A stretch of DNA of 64,000 nucleotides, taken from assembly GCA_965113315.1 (NCBI GenBank), contig OZ220375.1. One strand, written 5' to 3'. How positions within the stretch are numbered: the stretch's first letter is position 1; each line of letters begins with the position of its first letter. Of this stretch, positions 1 to 12,089 are shown piece by piece. A program made the position numbers and the translations under genes. Origin of the DNA: Podarcis vaucheri. Its lineage: Eukaryota. The notes below the pieces were generated by a model. It did not search any database. It was not told the origin of the DNA and saw only the letters and a list, made by a program, of their open reading frames with translations.

Positions 1-67
1 TCTACCTGAAAATTATCAGAAAGCTAAAAGAAATGTAAGGTCTATTTACCATAGGTTACCTAAGGTG

Positions 68-128
68 TGGTTGGTTGGTTGGTTGGTTGGTTGGTTGGTT
101 GGTTGTTTAGTCGGCTGGCTGGCTGGTT
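68..128. repeat. (GGTT)n/(GGCT)n tetranucleotide microsatellite
   Basis: Direct tandem repeat visible in the sequence. Confidence 0.95.
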
Positions 129-599
129 CCTTCACTCATAAAAGGAAGGAGATAGTGTTTATATGGTTTTTAAGTAATTCTGTTTTAAGTAATTTAAGTA
201 ATTGATCAACGTATTGTGGGGGGCTTTTTGTTATGTTGCAGGTAGCTATTGCATAATTTGTTTGTGGACATGGTTACATGTTACAGGCCCGAGGTGACTG
301 TACATTAGTGGAAGTTTCCATTGTTGTCTCAAGGAGATGGTGTAAAAAAACGCTTTAGGTTTATGAAATATTTTAGCACATGACCTCAAAACTCTCCAAC
401 AGGGATCCGTACTCAATCAATTATTTATTAGGTGATCACAGACTTACTAAAGGGGTGAACCTGGAGTTCATTGGAGTCTTCCTCACCATCTGAACCGAGC
501 ACTGATAGATCAGTATAGTTCAAATTATTTTAAAGGTGCCTAGAATACAAGAGAAACCACATTTAAATTTGAAAGGAGCAATTCTGACAAATAAGCCTG

Positions 600-890
600 A
601 GATCCGGACAAAAGGGAATACTTATTCACACAGCGCATTGCTAAGCTATGGAAATCGCTACCACAAGGTGTGGCTTTCAAAGGGTCTCAGACAAATTCAT
701 GGAGGATAAGGCTCTCCACACTGGCCTTATGGGTGGTATGGCTCTAAATACCAGTAGCTGCGAATCACAAGTGGGGAGAGCTCTGCCGTGCTCGTATCCT
801 ACTTGTAGGCTTCCCATTGGCTGGTCACTGTGGGAACCGGATGCTGGATGAGAGGGGCCCTTGGTCAGATCCAGCAGGACTCTTCTTATG
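600..890 (+). mobile_element. CR1-type LINE 3' end, degraded
   Basis: ttcacacagcgcattgctaagctatgg...gacaaattcatggaggataaggct...gatccagcaggactcttcttatg resembles the reptile CR1 ORF2 end plus 3' UTR. A related piece is at ~62010-62128. Confidence 0.7.
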
Positions 891-1088
891 TCGACAAGAG
901 TTGATCGTAGGTTAGTTGAAAGACTGCAAAGTCACACAAAATGCATTGTTCACAAATACTAAAACTGTTACCCCTTGCATACGTTTCCAAGGGGTTGGTT
1001 CCATTGAACTCAGCAAGACTTACCTCTGAGTAAAAACAGAAAAATCAGGATGTAAATCTTCTATTTGACATACCTAAGGCACTTGAAT

Positions 1089-1279
1089 TACAGGCTGGTG
1101 CCCATTTTGCAAGCATTCAATTGACGAGTGACCTCCAACATTCTGGACCCAGAAGAGGGCAGAGTGGGGTGGAACTGGGGGCAGAACAGGGTGTAGCAGG
1201 GCGGGTGGGCTTATGTGCATTCCGCCAATGCACACAGGGGCCACGAACACAATCCCACACAAATCAGGGGTTGCCTGTA
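1089..1279. mobile_element. Tc1/mariner-type MITE (TA-flanked, CAGGC...GCCTG termini)
   Basis: Ends are tacaggc and gcctgta. A second diverged copy lies at ~3910-4093. It accounts for the non-OR N-terminus of ORF 1121..2284. Confidence 0.6.
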
Positions 1280-1315
1280 ATTCTAACCCTGGTCTCTTTA
1301 TCTGCAGCTCTTGTT

Positions 1316-2284
1316 ATGTCTCCAGGAACCCCTCTGGATGATGACATGAGAAGAGGCAACCAGTCCTGTTTGACTGAGATTGTATTTTTGGGCTTCTCAG
1401 ATTTCCAGAGCATGCAAGCTCTTCTTTTTTTGCTGGTACTAATATTCTACTTGGTGGCATTAATTGGGAACAGCCTGATATTGATCATCACAGTTGCTGA
1501 GCCAACACTTCACACACCAATGTACTTCTTCCTCTGGAACTTGTCCTTTTTGGAAATCGGCTACACCACATCCATCATCCCAAAGACGCTTGAACATTTA
1601 CTGTCAGAGAATCAGACCATATCCTTTGTAGGCTGCGGGATTCAAATGTATTTCTTTATTCTCTTTGGTATTACTGAGTGTTGCCTTCTTTCTGTCATGG
1701 CATTTGACCGCTACGTCGCCATCTGTAAACCCCTGCAATACTCCAGCATCATGAGCCCTAAAGAATGTGCTCTGTTGGCTGCTATTTCATGGGCCATTGG
1801 TAGTTTGGTGGCTTTGGGCCAGTCCATTTCTATATTTACTCTTCCCTATTGCGGCCCTAACAGAATCAGCCATTTTTTCTGTGACATTCTGCCCGTTTTG
1901 AGACTGGCTACCACCGACACCTTCAAGAATGAAGTGGCGGTTGCTACGGTAACTGTGTTCTTTATCCTGGTACCATTTTTGCTCATCCTGTTGTCGTACA
2001 TGCTCATCATCGCCACCATCCTAAAGATGCCTTCAGCCAAGAACAGACACAAAGCCTTCTCCACCTGCTCCTCACATCTCATTGTCGTTTCTCTTTTCTA
2101 CGGAACTGTCACTTTCACCTACGTTCGACCCAAATCAGTCTATTCCCTAGACAGCGACAGGATCCTCTCTCTCCTCTACACAGTAGTGACACCATCATTC
2201 AACCCAATTATTTACAGCCTGAGGAACAAAGAGATAAAAGCTGCTTTCAAGAAATCAATAGCAAGGAAGGAAGGTCTTCCTTAG
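1316..2284 (+). CDS. Olfactory receptor, class II, family 10-like (start ATG 1316 or 1346)
   Basis: Motifs LHTPMYFFL, MAFDRYVAICKPLQY, FFCD, KAFSTCSSHL and PSFNPIIYSLRN. N-glycosylation site NQS. Splice acceptor tctgcag ends at 1307. Open frame. Confidence 0.95.
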   Translation: MSPGTPLDDDMRRGNQSCLTEIVFLGFSDFQSMQALLFLLVLIFYLVALIGNSLILIITVAEPTLHTPMYFFLWNLSFLEIGYTTSIIPKTLEHLLSENQTISFVGCGIQMYFFILFGITECCLLSVMAFDRYVAICKPLQYSSIMSPKECALLAAISWAIGSLVALGQSISIFTLPYCGPNRISHFFCDILPVLRLATTDTFKNEVAVATVTVFFILVPFLLILLSYMLIIATILKMPSAKNRHKAFSTCSSHLIVVSLFYGTVTFTYVRPKSVYSLDSDRILSLLYTVVTPSFNPIIYSLRNKEIKAAFKKSIARKEGLP

Positions 2285-3442
2285 ATAATAATCTAGCTGT
2301 ATCAAACCAGTTCCATTTATCTGTTGCACTTCAGCAGGAATCCATTGATACTGTATTTTTACATTGTTATAACCTGCCCAGGGACTTTATAGTGAAGGAC
2401 AGGTAAGAAATAGAGATGATAAGAATAGCAATAACATTTAAGGCATTTATATACTACCTAATCATTAGCATCTGTAAGGGGTGTACATAAACTAAATCAC
2501 ACAGAATAAACCAATAAAACTGAACAGGTGCCTGAACATTTCCTTAAAACACCTGCTGGAATAAGGAGATCTTTGTCATGTGCTTGAGGTTCAGTGTGGA
2601 GGGTGGCTAAATAATAATGCTGGGTGGGTGGGGGGGTGAGTTGCAATGCCTCTTTGTTCCCTTTCCTCCACCTCCCCGTGGTTGCCAGCGATGACTCCAG
2701 GCTTTGGGGAGTCCTGGGAGAAGATGCTCTGGATGGATCCCTCTCTCACTCACTGATATCCTCATTGCCTACTCACTTGCCTCCTCTCACCTCCAGCCAC
2801 ACAACCACCCAGAAGCAGCATAAGGCAAATGGAGGCTGCTGCCCTATTGCTTCACTAGTGTCACTGCTTGTTGAGTGATGGTGACCAGGAAGTGACAGTG
2901 AGCAACAAGGGTTAGCAGTGCCTCTTCCCTCTGGAGTGTGGGTCTCAGAAGAAGCCCAGTGATGCTGACCTCTGACACCAGTCCTATGAGTTTCTCTTGG
3001 ATTTAGGAGTGGGTGGTTGATACTTCCTTGCTGGTTGGTTTTTCTTAATTACGTTTATATCCATCCTTTCGTATCCCGGTGGTATGCATGGCTGGACACA
3101 TCAAGGAAGCATTTCAGTTAAACATGTTGCAAACTTTGTATGAGAAATCAGAATAAAAAAATCCTGCATAGCAACCACCTCAATGTCGTCTATCTCCTTC
3201 TCTTCCGCTTCCTGTGAGCTTTCCAAGTGTGCCGCTCTATGTCAATCTGGGAACTCTTGATGAAGGCATTCCTTCATTTCCAGAGTCAGATTCTTCCCAG
3301 GCATTCGATTTAGCCACATCCCTGACAAGTAGGGAGCAGGAGGACCTGAGACTTCTGCAGGTGCTGAAATTTGGGGTTTTTAGCAGGGTAGCCAATACAA
3401 CTTGAAATCTAAAATTCTGGTTCACAAACTGTTTGGGAACAT

Positions 3443-3625
3443 AAAAAAAATTCCTTCCAGTAGCACCTTAAAGACCAACTAAGTTAGTTCTTGGTATGAG
3501 CTTTCGTGTGCATGCACACTTCTTCAGATACACTGTAGTTGGTCTTTAACTTAGTTGGTCTTTAAGGTGCTACTGGAAAGATTTTTTTTATTTTGACTAT
3601 GGCAGACCAACACGGCTACCTATCT
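3443..3625. mobile_element. Penelope-like element terminal remnant in inverted configuration
   Basis: 32-bp perfect inverted repeat, 3455-3486 vs 3547-3578 (ttccagtagcaccttaaagaccaactaagtta), enclosing a hammerhead motif. Confidence 0.75.
3494..3531 (-). ncRNA. Minimal type I hammerhead ribozyme motif (Penelope-associated)
   Basis: The minus strand reads GTAT-CTGAAGA-A-GTGTGCATGCACAC-GAAA-GC-TC-ATAC: stem I GTAT/ATAC, CUGANGA core, palindromic stem II, GAAA and a UC cleavage site. Confidence 0.7.
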
Positions 3626-4130
3626 ACTATGAGAAATCAGGTTAGCAAAAACGGGACTCCACAACGCCATCCGGTGTCACAGTGTTGGAATGCATAAACA
3701 ACGCATACAAAGTGATGTTTCTTTGCCAGTGTAGCTGAGTCCCATGTTTCTTCCATTTCCCCATTTCATCCTCACAACAAATCTGTGGGGTTAAGTTAGA
3801 GATAGTGCCCAAAGTCACACAGTGAGCTTCATTGCTGACTGGGGATTTGAACCCTGGTCTCCCAGGTGTTAGTCTGACACTCTAGCCATTACACCACTCT
3901 GCTTCACAGCAGTGACCATTTTGCATGCGTTCAATTGACATGTAACCACCAACATGCAGGTCATTTTGGACTTGGAAGAATGGGAGCAGAACAAGGGGTG
4001 GAATGGGGGGGTGTGGAATAGGGCTTATGTGCACTCTCCCAATGCACGGGGGGCTAGGAACACAACCCCCATGCAAATTGGGGCTTGCCTGTATTATTTA
4101 TTCCCTATGATGCATAAGAGCATAACTACA

Positions 4131-4540
4131 TGTTAGGGAAAATCGAACTCAAAGAGGGCATGCCGTTGGCATTGGTTGATTCCTCAGTTCAGGAAGGCTC
4201 TGCACTGCAGCTGGGAAGTCCGCTCCACTTCACTGTGGGGAGGAGTTGTGTGGCCACCCCCTCTCCTCCGGGGTGGGGGGACAAAGTCCCACATTGCCCG
4301 GGGGATCCTGGCCACGTCATCGCCCAGCCGGCGGGAGCTTGAGTTGGTCTGCATTGACAGGGCTCCCCCTTCCGGTGGTTTACCCTTACTGGACTCCCTG
4401 CACAATGGGCAGGAGTCATATAGTCGGGTCCATTCAATGCCTAAGTGAATACTGCTCACAGTCTGAATCAATAATGTTGTGGCCAGAATTTGCCCAATAA
4501 CATTAACATAATATCTGTGTCCTGGTGTCTTGCTGCAAAT
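4131..4540 (+). mobile_element. LTR-like remnant (Gypsy-type, tentative); boundaries approximate
   Basis: Starts TG. Shares tcaataa.gttgtggcc...ttaac...tgtgtc.tggtgtctt with 5396-5645. No TSD resolved. Confidence 0.4.
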
Positions 4541-4804
4541 GGTGACCAGTTATGTATTTAACTTTTCATCTTCTAGGAGCCAGGCCACTGCAATGGGAAG
4601 AAATACCTTAATACTGGGTTAGGAGCTGTTGGGATCTGTGGATACTGCCTCATGTGGTGAGCCACTGAGCTGCAGGTAACAGCTTCTCAGTGATGCACCC
4701 TGAGGTCCTAGACTCACTCCTTATTTCCAGGCCACTGGATCCCCCAAGGCAGGAAGACATATAACTGGCTTCTTATTTCAACAGAACTTTGCTCAGGCAA
4801 CACA

Positions 4805-5062
4805 GATTTTTATTATTTTGGTCACAGACCAGTTCCAGCCCACATACAATATCAAGGAAGTCATAAAACACGAGAGATACATTTGAATTTGCAGTTAGGT
4901 ATAACAGGGACAATACAGATATAGCAACAGTTTAAAAATATATAAATTAAAACTTAGTCACCAACATAGAACCTAAAATTATCATTTAAGGCCTTAACCA
5001 TTATGATAGCACAGCTTGTTCCCTAAGTTTTATGGCAATCGCACAGAATTTGGCTACCCTTA
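4805..5062 (-). mobile_element. Non-LTR retrotransposon 3' end (same family as 22320-22375 and 35540-36040)
   Basis: Reverse complement of gctggaactggtctgtgacc..aataataaa, which is shared with the other copies. Confidence 0.55.
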
Positions 5063-5395
5063 ACGTGATCTCAGGGATTTTAGACATTGAAGTTCGGAGC
5101 TCAAGCAACATGGTCTTCCAGATCTCTGGCATATTGTTGTACCCTTAGTTGTGCTTTGGACTATCCCCTTGACTTTCCTCCAGGCCACACTTTTGGTTGG
5201 CCCTACTTTGCATCCTCTTTGAATGCTTTTTCCAGACTCAGGTTTGTTATTGAACAGTGATGATCTCTGTTGTTTGCGTGCATGGATGTGTTTGTATTCT
5301 AAACCTTTGATGATTGCATTGCTGGAATGCAGCATACTGTAGAAAGTTCAAAGTCCCATCAGTTGCTCTGCCTATTTTTCACCTCTTGCCACTGC

Positions 5396-5645
5396 TGTCA
5401 TGGGAAGGTTTCCCACAAGGGGAAAGCCACTTCTGAGCTAGAGAGGAGGTGGGGTTGCGGGCCCACCCCCTCCCCACGCACGCAGGGGCTGGTTCTCAGG
5501 CCCCGCAAGAGCAGGGGAATCCTCGGGCGCCAATACCTTTCAATTCCTGTAATCAATAAAGTTGTGGCCTTTTACGCCCATTAACCTTAAATAATGTGTC
5601 TGGTGTCTTCATTTCACAAGGAGGGAGGGTACTTGCCACGCAAAT
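5396..5645 (+). mobile_element. LTR-like remnant related to 4131-4540
   Basis: TG start, AATAAA-gttgtggcc motif and a shared 3' segment. Confidence 0.4.
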
Positions 5646-6453
5646 AGTCCTTGTGCGAAAAGAAGTTCTTGTCTCCTTGTGTTCTAGAAATGCCCTTAAA
5701 GTGTGCTTTCGGATCCCCTGTGGAAAGTGAGGGAAATAATGAGTCAGAAGGAGGAATTGCTTGAGGAGAAGAAATACAAATAGTTTCCCTTTCCTGAGAC
5801 TATTAAGGAGAATGAAGCCTAAAGAAGATTGGTGAAGCTTGGATAAGTCCTTTGGCAGTAAGCGAGAGCCACACTTCTAAGACCAGAAGGATGGAAATTG
5901 CACCCTGGAGAATATAGTAGCAGACAAAAAGATCAGGCTGGTGAAGGATCTGGAAATTAGGGACAGAACTGCTCAAGAAAGGAAGTCATTGAAGGAAGAT
6001 ATAGCTAATGGCTCCATAAGGAGATAATGTCACAGGAACCCAGTGACAAAAGCAGGCAGGAATGGATATTTACTGATTGTGAGTGAATCATCAGGTGGGC
6101 TTTGAAAAATGCACAGCCTTGTTTCGTCACCGCCTGTGCCTCTCATCCCATCTGCATCTATCTAAGGCATTTGTGGTTTTTTTACTTCTGATGCTATTCA
6201 TCTTCAGTTCTTCTCCACAAAGTACATCTCAGCAGGAAAAGACAACTAAGAACCTCCAAACCCCCCCCCCACATGCTTTTCATTTTCTTGTGTAATGGTT
6301 AAGATCTTGAGATATGAGCTGAAGGCAAGCACATCAGGCAAAGACATGGGAAAACAACTCTGATGTAGGTGAGTTTCTCCCCCTACACTCCAAGATCCAA
6401 ACATCAACCATATTAAGATCCTCCTTTCAGAAGTGACAGTTGTTGAACAAGCA

Positions 6454-6454
6454 C

Positions 6455-6514
<60 letters not shown>
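6454..6514. repeat. Compound (TG)n(AG)n microsatellite
   Basis: Direct observation. Confidence 0.95.
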
Positions 6515-6519
<5 letters not shown>

Positions 6520-7885
6520 ATATCCCACCTGCTCTCGAAGGAGCTCAAGGTGGTGTTCTTCATGGTTCTTCCTCTCTCCATATTATCCTGTCAACAATTC
6601 TGTGTGGTAGGTTAGACCGAGAGATGGCGACTGGCCTAAGGTCACCAGTGAGTGTAACAGCTGAATGAGGATTTGAACCCTGGGCTCTGAGGTCCTAGCC
6701 CAGCACTACACCACACTGGCTCCATATGTGTGACTCAGAATGCTGTGAGAACGGTGTTTGTGTGGCTTGAGAAGAGAATGCAGAATGAGTTGGGATCCAG
6801 GACTGGGAAGGACACAGCTGTAGACTTTCCTTGAAAGGAAGGGCATGTGTGATGAATGAAGGGTCAAGGGTGAAAGAGGATCCTGATGAAATGGAACAAA
6901 CTGTGGCATAGAGCAGACCGCATTGTGTGATCTGACTTTTGGGTGTGCCTGTCTTCCAAGTTAAGAGTTCTTTTGCCTCCAGTCTTGTGATCAGGGCTGG
7001 GCATTCTTCCACAGCAAGTAAGGTTGAATTCTGCATCCTCTGTTAATCAAATGCATTTGTGGCTGCTTGATAATTTATGGGTAGGTTATGGGGAGGGTTG
7101 AGTGTCTCAGTTAGGTATGGAGCAGGGGAGGAGAACCTCAGGCCTAGGGGATGAATGTAGCTCTCCAGGAGGCCTCTCTATCTCACCTAGAGGAATGTCC
7201 CTGGTCTTCATACTCTTCTCAAGTGCCCCTGCCTGCTTGGAACCTGATGTCAGGTAGCAGATGTTGTGGAGTTTGCCTGAGTTCTCAGAGAGCCTGTGGA
7301 CAATACTAGAAGGACTAACAGTTTGATTCTGTAACAGGTAGCCTCATATGTTCATACGAAACCCTGACCCCCGAAGCTCAGCCCCCTTTCAGTAGCTTAC
7401 CAGTATGCACCTTGAGGACTAGCTACTTCCTCCTTATTTACAAAAACAAACAAAGCAGAAACAATGCTAAAATTCATCATATATACAAATAGCGCTCTCA
7501 TTTTGCTGAGCACTTGTCCTTATGTAGCCAAAATTATACCATCTGCACATAAGAGGGAGGTATCAGGAGGCTCGGGGCAGCCTCAAGGTTTTTCTAAAGC
7601 TACAATTTATGCTTTTTAGGGGAAAAAAACCAAGTAGGGACCATTGCAAATAGTCCAATTAAGACTGTGCATGCTCTGTGACCATGGAGTATTGTTGGAC
7701 CAGGGGTGGGGGATGGAAAACCAGGTGGGTTGGCCAATGGAATGATTCTGAACATGAGCACATTTTGTTGCCAGTCCCCACTCTAGGACACCGACCTTGA
7801 ATAATTCTATTTATGTTAACCCACTTACTCATTTCTTTGATATGCAGTCAGAGCCTATGCAATGCAAGTGTTGAACCATGTACAC

Positions 7886-8019
7886 CAGCAGTTCTCAACC
7901 TGCGGGTCCCCAGATGTTGTTGGACTACAATTCCCATCATCCCTGAGCTCTGGCCTTGCTAGCTAGGGGGATGGGAGTTGTAATCCAACAACATCTGGGG
8001 ACCCACAGGTTGAGAAAGG
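7886..8019. mobile_element. hAT-type palindromic MITE
   Basis: Long inverted arms (ttctcaacctg.gggtccccagatgttgttgga / tccaacaacatctggggaccc.caggttgagaa). Many degraded relatives occur in the window. Confidence 0.75.
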
Positions 8020-8513
8020 TACACAGTCCTATGTATAGCTGAAGGCTTGCAAGAGAGAGCTTCATTCTTTCATTCTCTCCTCTCCAGCCCCACACTCATT
8101 CTCTTAAAGGTGTCATGTATTTGATAGACAAGGACCACCATTTTTGTGTGCAGAATCCTTGTAGAATCCATGCATTGCATACAGAAGGCTATGGGTTCAA
8201 TAACTGGTATCACCAGTTACAAATGATTGCTGGTAAGATAGTTGGAAAGGCATGTACTTGAGACCTTAGAAGTCCACTGTCAGAGTCAATAATACCGGGC
8301 TAGATGGACTGATAGTTTAAGGCTGTGCTGGGGAGTCCATCACCTTTTAGGTGCTGTTGGACTCCAACTCCCATCAGCCTCAAACAACTTGGCCAATTGT
8401 CAGGGCTGCTAAGAGTTGTAGTTCAGGAGTATTCAGAGAGTTACAGGTTCTTTGCCCCTGGTCTAAGTTACGTTCATATGTTCACATGATCTTTCTAGGT
8501 TCAAGCTACCACC

Positions 8514-9473
8514 ATGAATCCAACAGACTTCGGAAACCATACAATCATTACTGAATTTCTCTTGCTGGGATTTGGGAATTTGGGTCGTCTGGATCTCCTC
8601 TTCTTCTTCATCTTCCTAGTGATCTACATTGTGACCATGGTGGGCAACATCCTCCTCGTTGTACTGGTGGTATCGGACCACAACCTTCACACACCCATGT
8701 ACTTCTTCTTGGGAAATCTGTCTTGCTTAGAGATCTGCTACAGTTCCAACATTATGCCCAAGATGCTAGCTGGCCTCATCCTCTACCAGGGCAAAGTCAT
8801 TTCTGTGGCAGGCTGCATGACACAGTTTTATTTTTTTGGTTTCCTGGTAGTTGCAGAGTGTTATCTCTTGGCTGCCATGTCTTATGATAGGTATGTGGCA
8901 ATATGCAAGCCGTTGCTCTATGTGATTGTTATGGATGGCAAAACTTGCGTTCAGCTAGTGGCAGGGGCTTGGGTAAGCAGTTTGCTGGTTATTAACCTAA
9001 CAATATGTTTAACCCAGCAATTAACCTTCTGCGGTCCCAACACAATTGACCATTTCTTTTGTGACTACAGCCCATTGTTGAAGCTGTCTTGCAGCGACAC
9101 CCACATGATGGAGCTAGTAACTACTCTTCTGGCAGGCCTTTGTTCCCTGCCACCCTTTGTTTTAACTCTGGCTTCCTACAGTTCTATCATACGAGCCATT
9201 CTGAGAATCCCGTCCACTGTCGGAAAGCAAAAGGCCTTCTCTACCTGCTCCTCTCACCTCATGGTAGTGTCCATCTTCTATGGCACGATCATTATTGTCT
9301 ACCTGTTACCAAGAACGGATGCAATGCGAGATTGGAACAAGGTCTTTTCTCTCTTCTACATAGTCCTGACCCCATTGCTCAATCCCCTTATATATAGCCT
9401 GAGAAACAGGGAGGTGCAGAATGCTTTGAATAAAGTGCTTCTTAAATTACTCATTTACAGAACTGTAGCTTAG
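8514..9473 (+). CDS. Olfactory receptor, class II, family 11/6-like, 319 aa
   Basis: NHT site, LHTPMYFFL, MSYDRYVAICKPLLY, HFFCD, KAFSTCSSHL, PLLNPLIYSLRN. Acceptor ctttctag at 8491-8498. Confidence 0.96.
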   Translation: MNPTDFGNHTIITEFLLLGFGNLGRLDLLFFFIFLVIYIVTMVGNILLVVLVVSDHNLHTPMYFFLGNLSCLEICYSSNIMPKMLAGLILYQGKVISVAGCMTQFYFFGFLVVAECYLLAAMSYDRYVAICKPLLYVIVMDGKTCVQLVAGAWVSSLLVINLTICLTQQLTFCGPNTIDHFFCDYSPLLKLSCSDTHMMELVTTLLAGLCSLPPFVLTLASYSSIIRAILRIPSTVGKQKAFSTCSSHLMVVSIFYGTIIIVYLLPRTDAMRDWNKVFSLFYIVLTPLLNPLIYSLRNREVQNALNKVLLKLLIYRTVA

Positions 9474-10059
9474 GACGCCTGGCTACTTAGGACTGTGGCC
9501 ACCTAAGTCCTACTCAGAGCAGACCCATTGAAATGAAGGAACCAAAGTTTCTCATGTCCACTGACCACAATGGCTCTACTTGGAGTTGGACCAGCACTAG
9601 ATACAACCCTTGTAATTGTCTTGAAGGGAGGAGTCAGGGATCTCAGGCACCTCCATATGGCCTTCAGTGCTTTCCCCAGGCCACTTGGCTCAGGTTCCCA
9701 TGTTTGAACCCTCTCAAGCACTTCTCCCTGGCCAGAATGTGACCTTGAAGTGTAATGATAATGCTGGCTGAAGTGTGGTGTGCATGTGTATAGAAGAAAC
9801 CTTTGTGTCTTGTGTGACTGGAACGCCACTGACAGTACAAAGATAAGATTCATATCCATTCCGCAGATCACTTTCATCTCTTGACCTGCCTATCACTTGC
9901 ATCTGGCCCCTGGAAGGTTGCCCACAGTGGAATGCAGCCCTTTGGCTGAAAATTTCCCCCCCCCCCGACCCCTTCTTTGAAAGATATCATATTCCTTTGG
10001 AAGGGCCAGCTTTTGGCAAAACATTATGAGGCTGGAGTTTAATTCACCTGCATCTCAAA

Positions 10060-10728
10060 ATTCTGTTTTTCCATGGATGCCTCACACAGATCTTACTATA
10101 CAGCGGTTTGACTTGCAACAAATGCTTACTCCTCGCAGTCATGGCATTTGATCACTACTTAGCCATATGCAAACCGCTTAGCTACACGACTATCATGAAC
10201 TTCAAGGTCTGCCTCTAGCTAGCAATTGCTTCCTTGTTAACTGGCTTCTCGGTGTCTTCCCTAGCCGTTGGGACAGTGTCCACAATGCTTTTTTGTGGTC
10301 CCAATGAAATCGACCATTTTATTTGTGATATGGATCAGTTAACCAAACTCTCCTGCAGAAAAAGCATCCTGGCAGAGATAATTGTCCTTATCTCCTGCTC
10401 CATTGTGACTATAGGGCCCTTTGTGTTCATCATCGTCTCGTATGTTTACATCCTGTCAGCCATTTTGAGAATTGCCTCCTCCACAGGGAGACAAAAGGCC
10501 TTTTCAACATGTGCTTCCCACCTCTTAGTGGTGAGCTTATATTATGGGACCATCATGATCATGTATGTGATACCTACAAAGAATCAGTCCCCAGGCTTCC
10601 ATAAGGCAATATCTGTCATGTACACCGTTGTCACGCCAATGTTTCATCCTATCATATACAGCCTCCGGAACAAAGAAGTAAAAGGAGCCTTCAAGAAACT
10701 TGTGTTTCATAATCTTGGCATGAATTAG
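10060..10728 (+). pseudogene. Olfactory receptor pseudogene, 5'-truncated (TM1-TM2 missing)
   Basis: Frame reads FHGCLTQ...[15 protein letters not shown] (DRY->DHY), with an in-frame TAG at 10216-10218, then KAFSTCASHL and PMFHPIIYSLRN (NP->HP). No OR N-terminus upstream. Confidence 0.9.
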
Positions 10729-10769
10729 GACATCTTTGCCAATCTGGAGTCCTCCTGATGATTTGAACA

Positions 10770-10801
<32 letters not shown>

Positions 10802-11469
10802 TGGGTTTTTTATAAATTTTTTATTGGTTTTACAAAAATTTTTAAACAATACAAACAAATAAAAAGACATACAAACATGTATAATTTCATAACCTTTTTT
10901 TCATAGCCCTCACTTCTCGGACTCCCCCATACCTCCCCTTCCTGCATCCCAATGTCCAAAATTATTTCAGCAACTTCTAAATATTTTTATCAAACATATG
11001 TTCTTCTAATCTTTCCTTCAACTTAATCTTATACCGCTGTAATCTCCTTTTCTTTCTCAAAACCTCGACATTTTAGCATTCATCAACTTTATAATAGTTC
11101 TTAAGATAGATTTTAAATTTCTTCCAGTCTTCTTCCACCGTCTCTTTCCCCTGGTCGCGGATTCTGCCAGTCATCTCAGCCAGTGTCATATAGTCCATCA
11201 CTTTCATCTGCCATTCTTCCAGAGTGAGTAGATCTTGTGTCTTCCAATACTTTGCGATGAGTATTCTTGCTGCTGTAGTGGCGTACATAAAAAAGTTTTT
11301 ATCTTTCTTTGTCACCAATTGGCCGACAATGCCCAAGAGAAAGGCCTCTGGTTTCTTAGGGAAAGTACATTTAAGTACCTTTTTCATTTTGTTATATATC
11401 ATTTCCCAGAAACCCTTAATCTTTGGACACGTCCACCAAAGGTGATAGAAAGTACCTTCAGTTTCTTTA

Positions 11470-11470
<1 letters not shown>
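10802..11470 (-). mobile_element. L1-clade LINE 3' fragment flanked on both sides by (ATT)n
   Basis: ORF 11073..11402 (IAKYWK...EEWQMKVMDY...EEDWKKFKIYL) is an L1-type ORF2 C-terminus. It is close to the copies at 41150 and 58725. Confidence 0.8.
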
Positions 11471-11518
<48 letters not shown>

Positions 11519-11865
11519 TGTATACCGCCCTATACCCATAGATCTCAGGGTGATTCACAATATAAAACTACAGTTACCATCATCCCTAACAACTGGCCAT
11601 GCTGGATAGGCTTGATGGGAGTTGGAGTCCAAAACATGTGGAAGGTACCAAATCAGGGAAGGCTGTTAGGGTGATTGTGGTACTTCTCAAGTTACTTCAG
11701 CAGTATGGGAAGTTGAACAAAACATTGGTAATTCAGGGTTCAAATGCTGGGAAAAGGTCTCTGCATTGTACACATGAGAAGATATACCCCAGACCCTGGA
11801 CTGGTGGTAATAGTCATCTTAGAGTAGAGATTTGGAACTTGTGCCTTCCAGACAACATTAAACTG

Positions 11866-12089
11866 TACAGTGGTACCTCTGGTTACGTACTTAATTCATT
11901 CCAGAGGTCCGTTCTTAACCTTAAACTGTTCTTAACCTGAGACACCACTTTAGCTAATGGGGCCTCCCACTGCTGCTGTGCCGCACGATTTCTGTTCTCA
12001 TCCTGAAGCAAAGTTCTTAACCTGAGGTACTATTTCTGGGTTAGCGGAGTCTGTAACCTGAACTGTATGTAACCCGAGGTACCACAGTA
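11866..12089. mobile_element. Tc1/mariner (Tigger-like) MITE
   Basis: TA-CAGTGGTACCTC ... GAGGTACCAC(A)G-TA. Same family as 21042 and 33903. Confidence 0.85.

Noticed and set aside
1121-1315. Long N-terminal extension of the 387-aa OR ORF
   Set aside because: It starts at GTG inside a MITE and upstream of a splice acceptor at 1307, so it is intronic read-through.
11235-11674. Poly-Leu, poly-Ile and poly-Asn ORFs (also at 42164, 46174, 50082 and 53020)
   Set aside because: Translations of (ATT)n or (GGA/GAA)n microsatellites.
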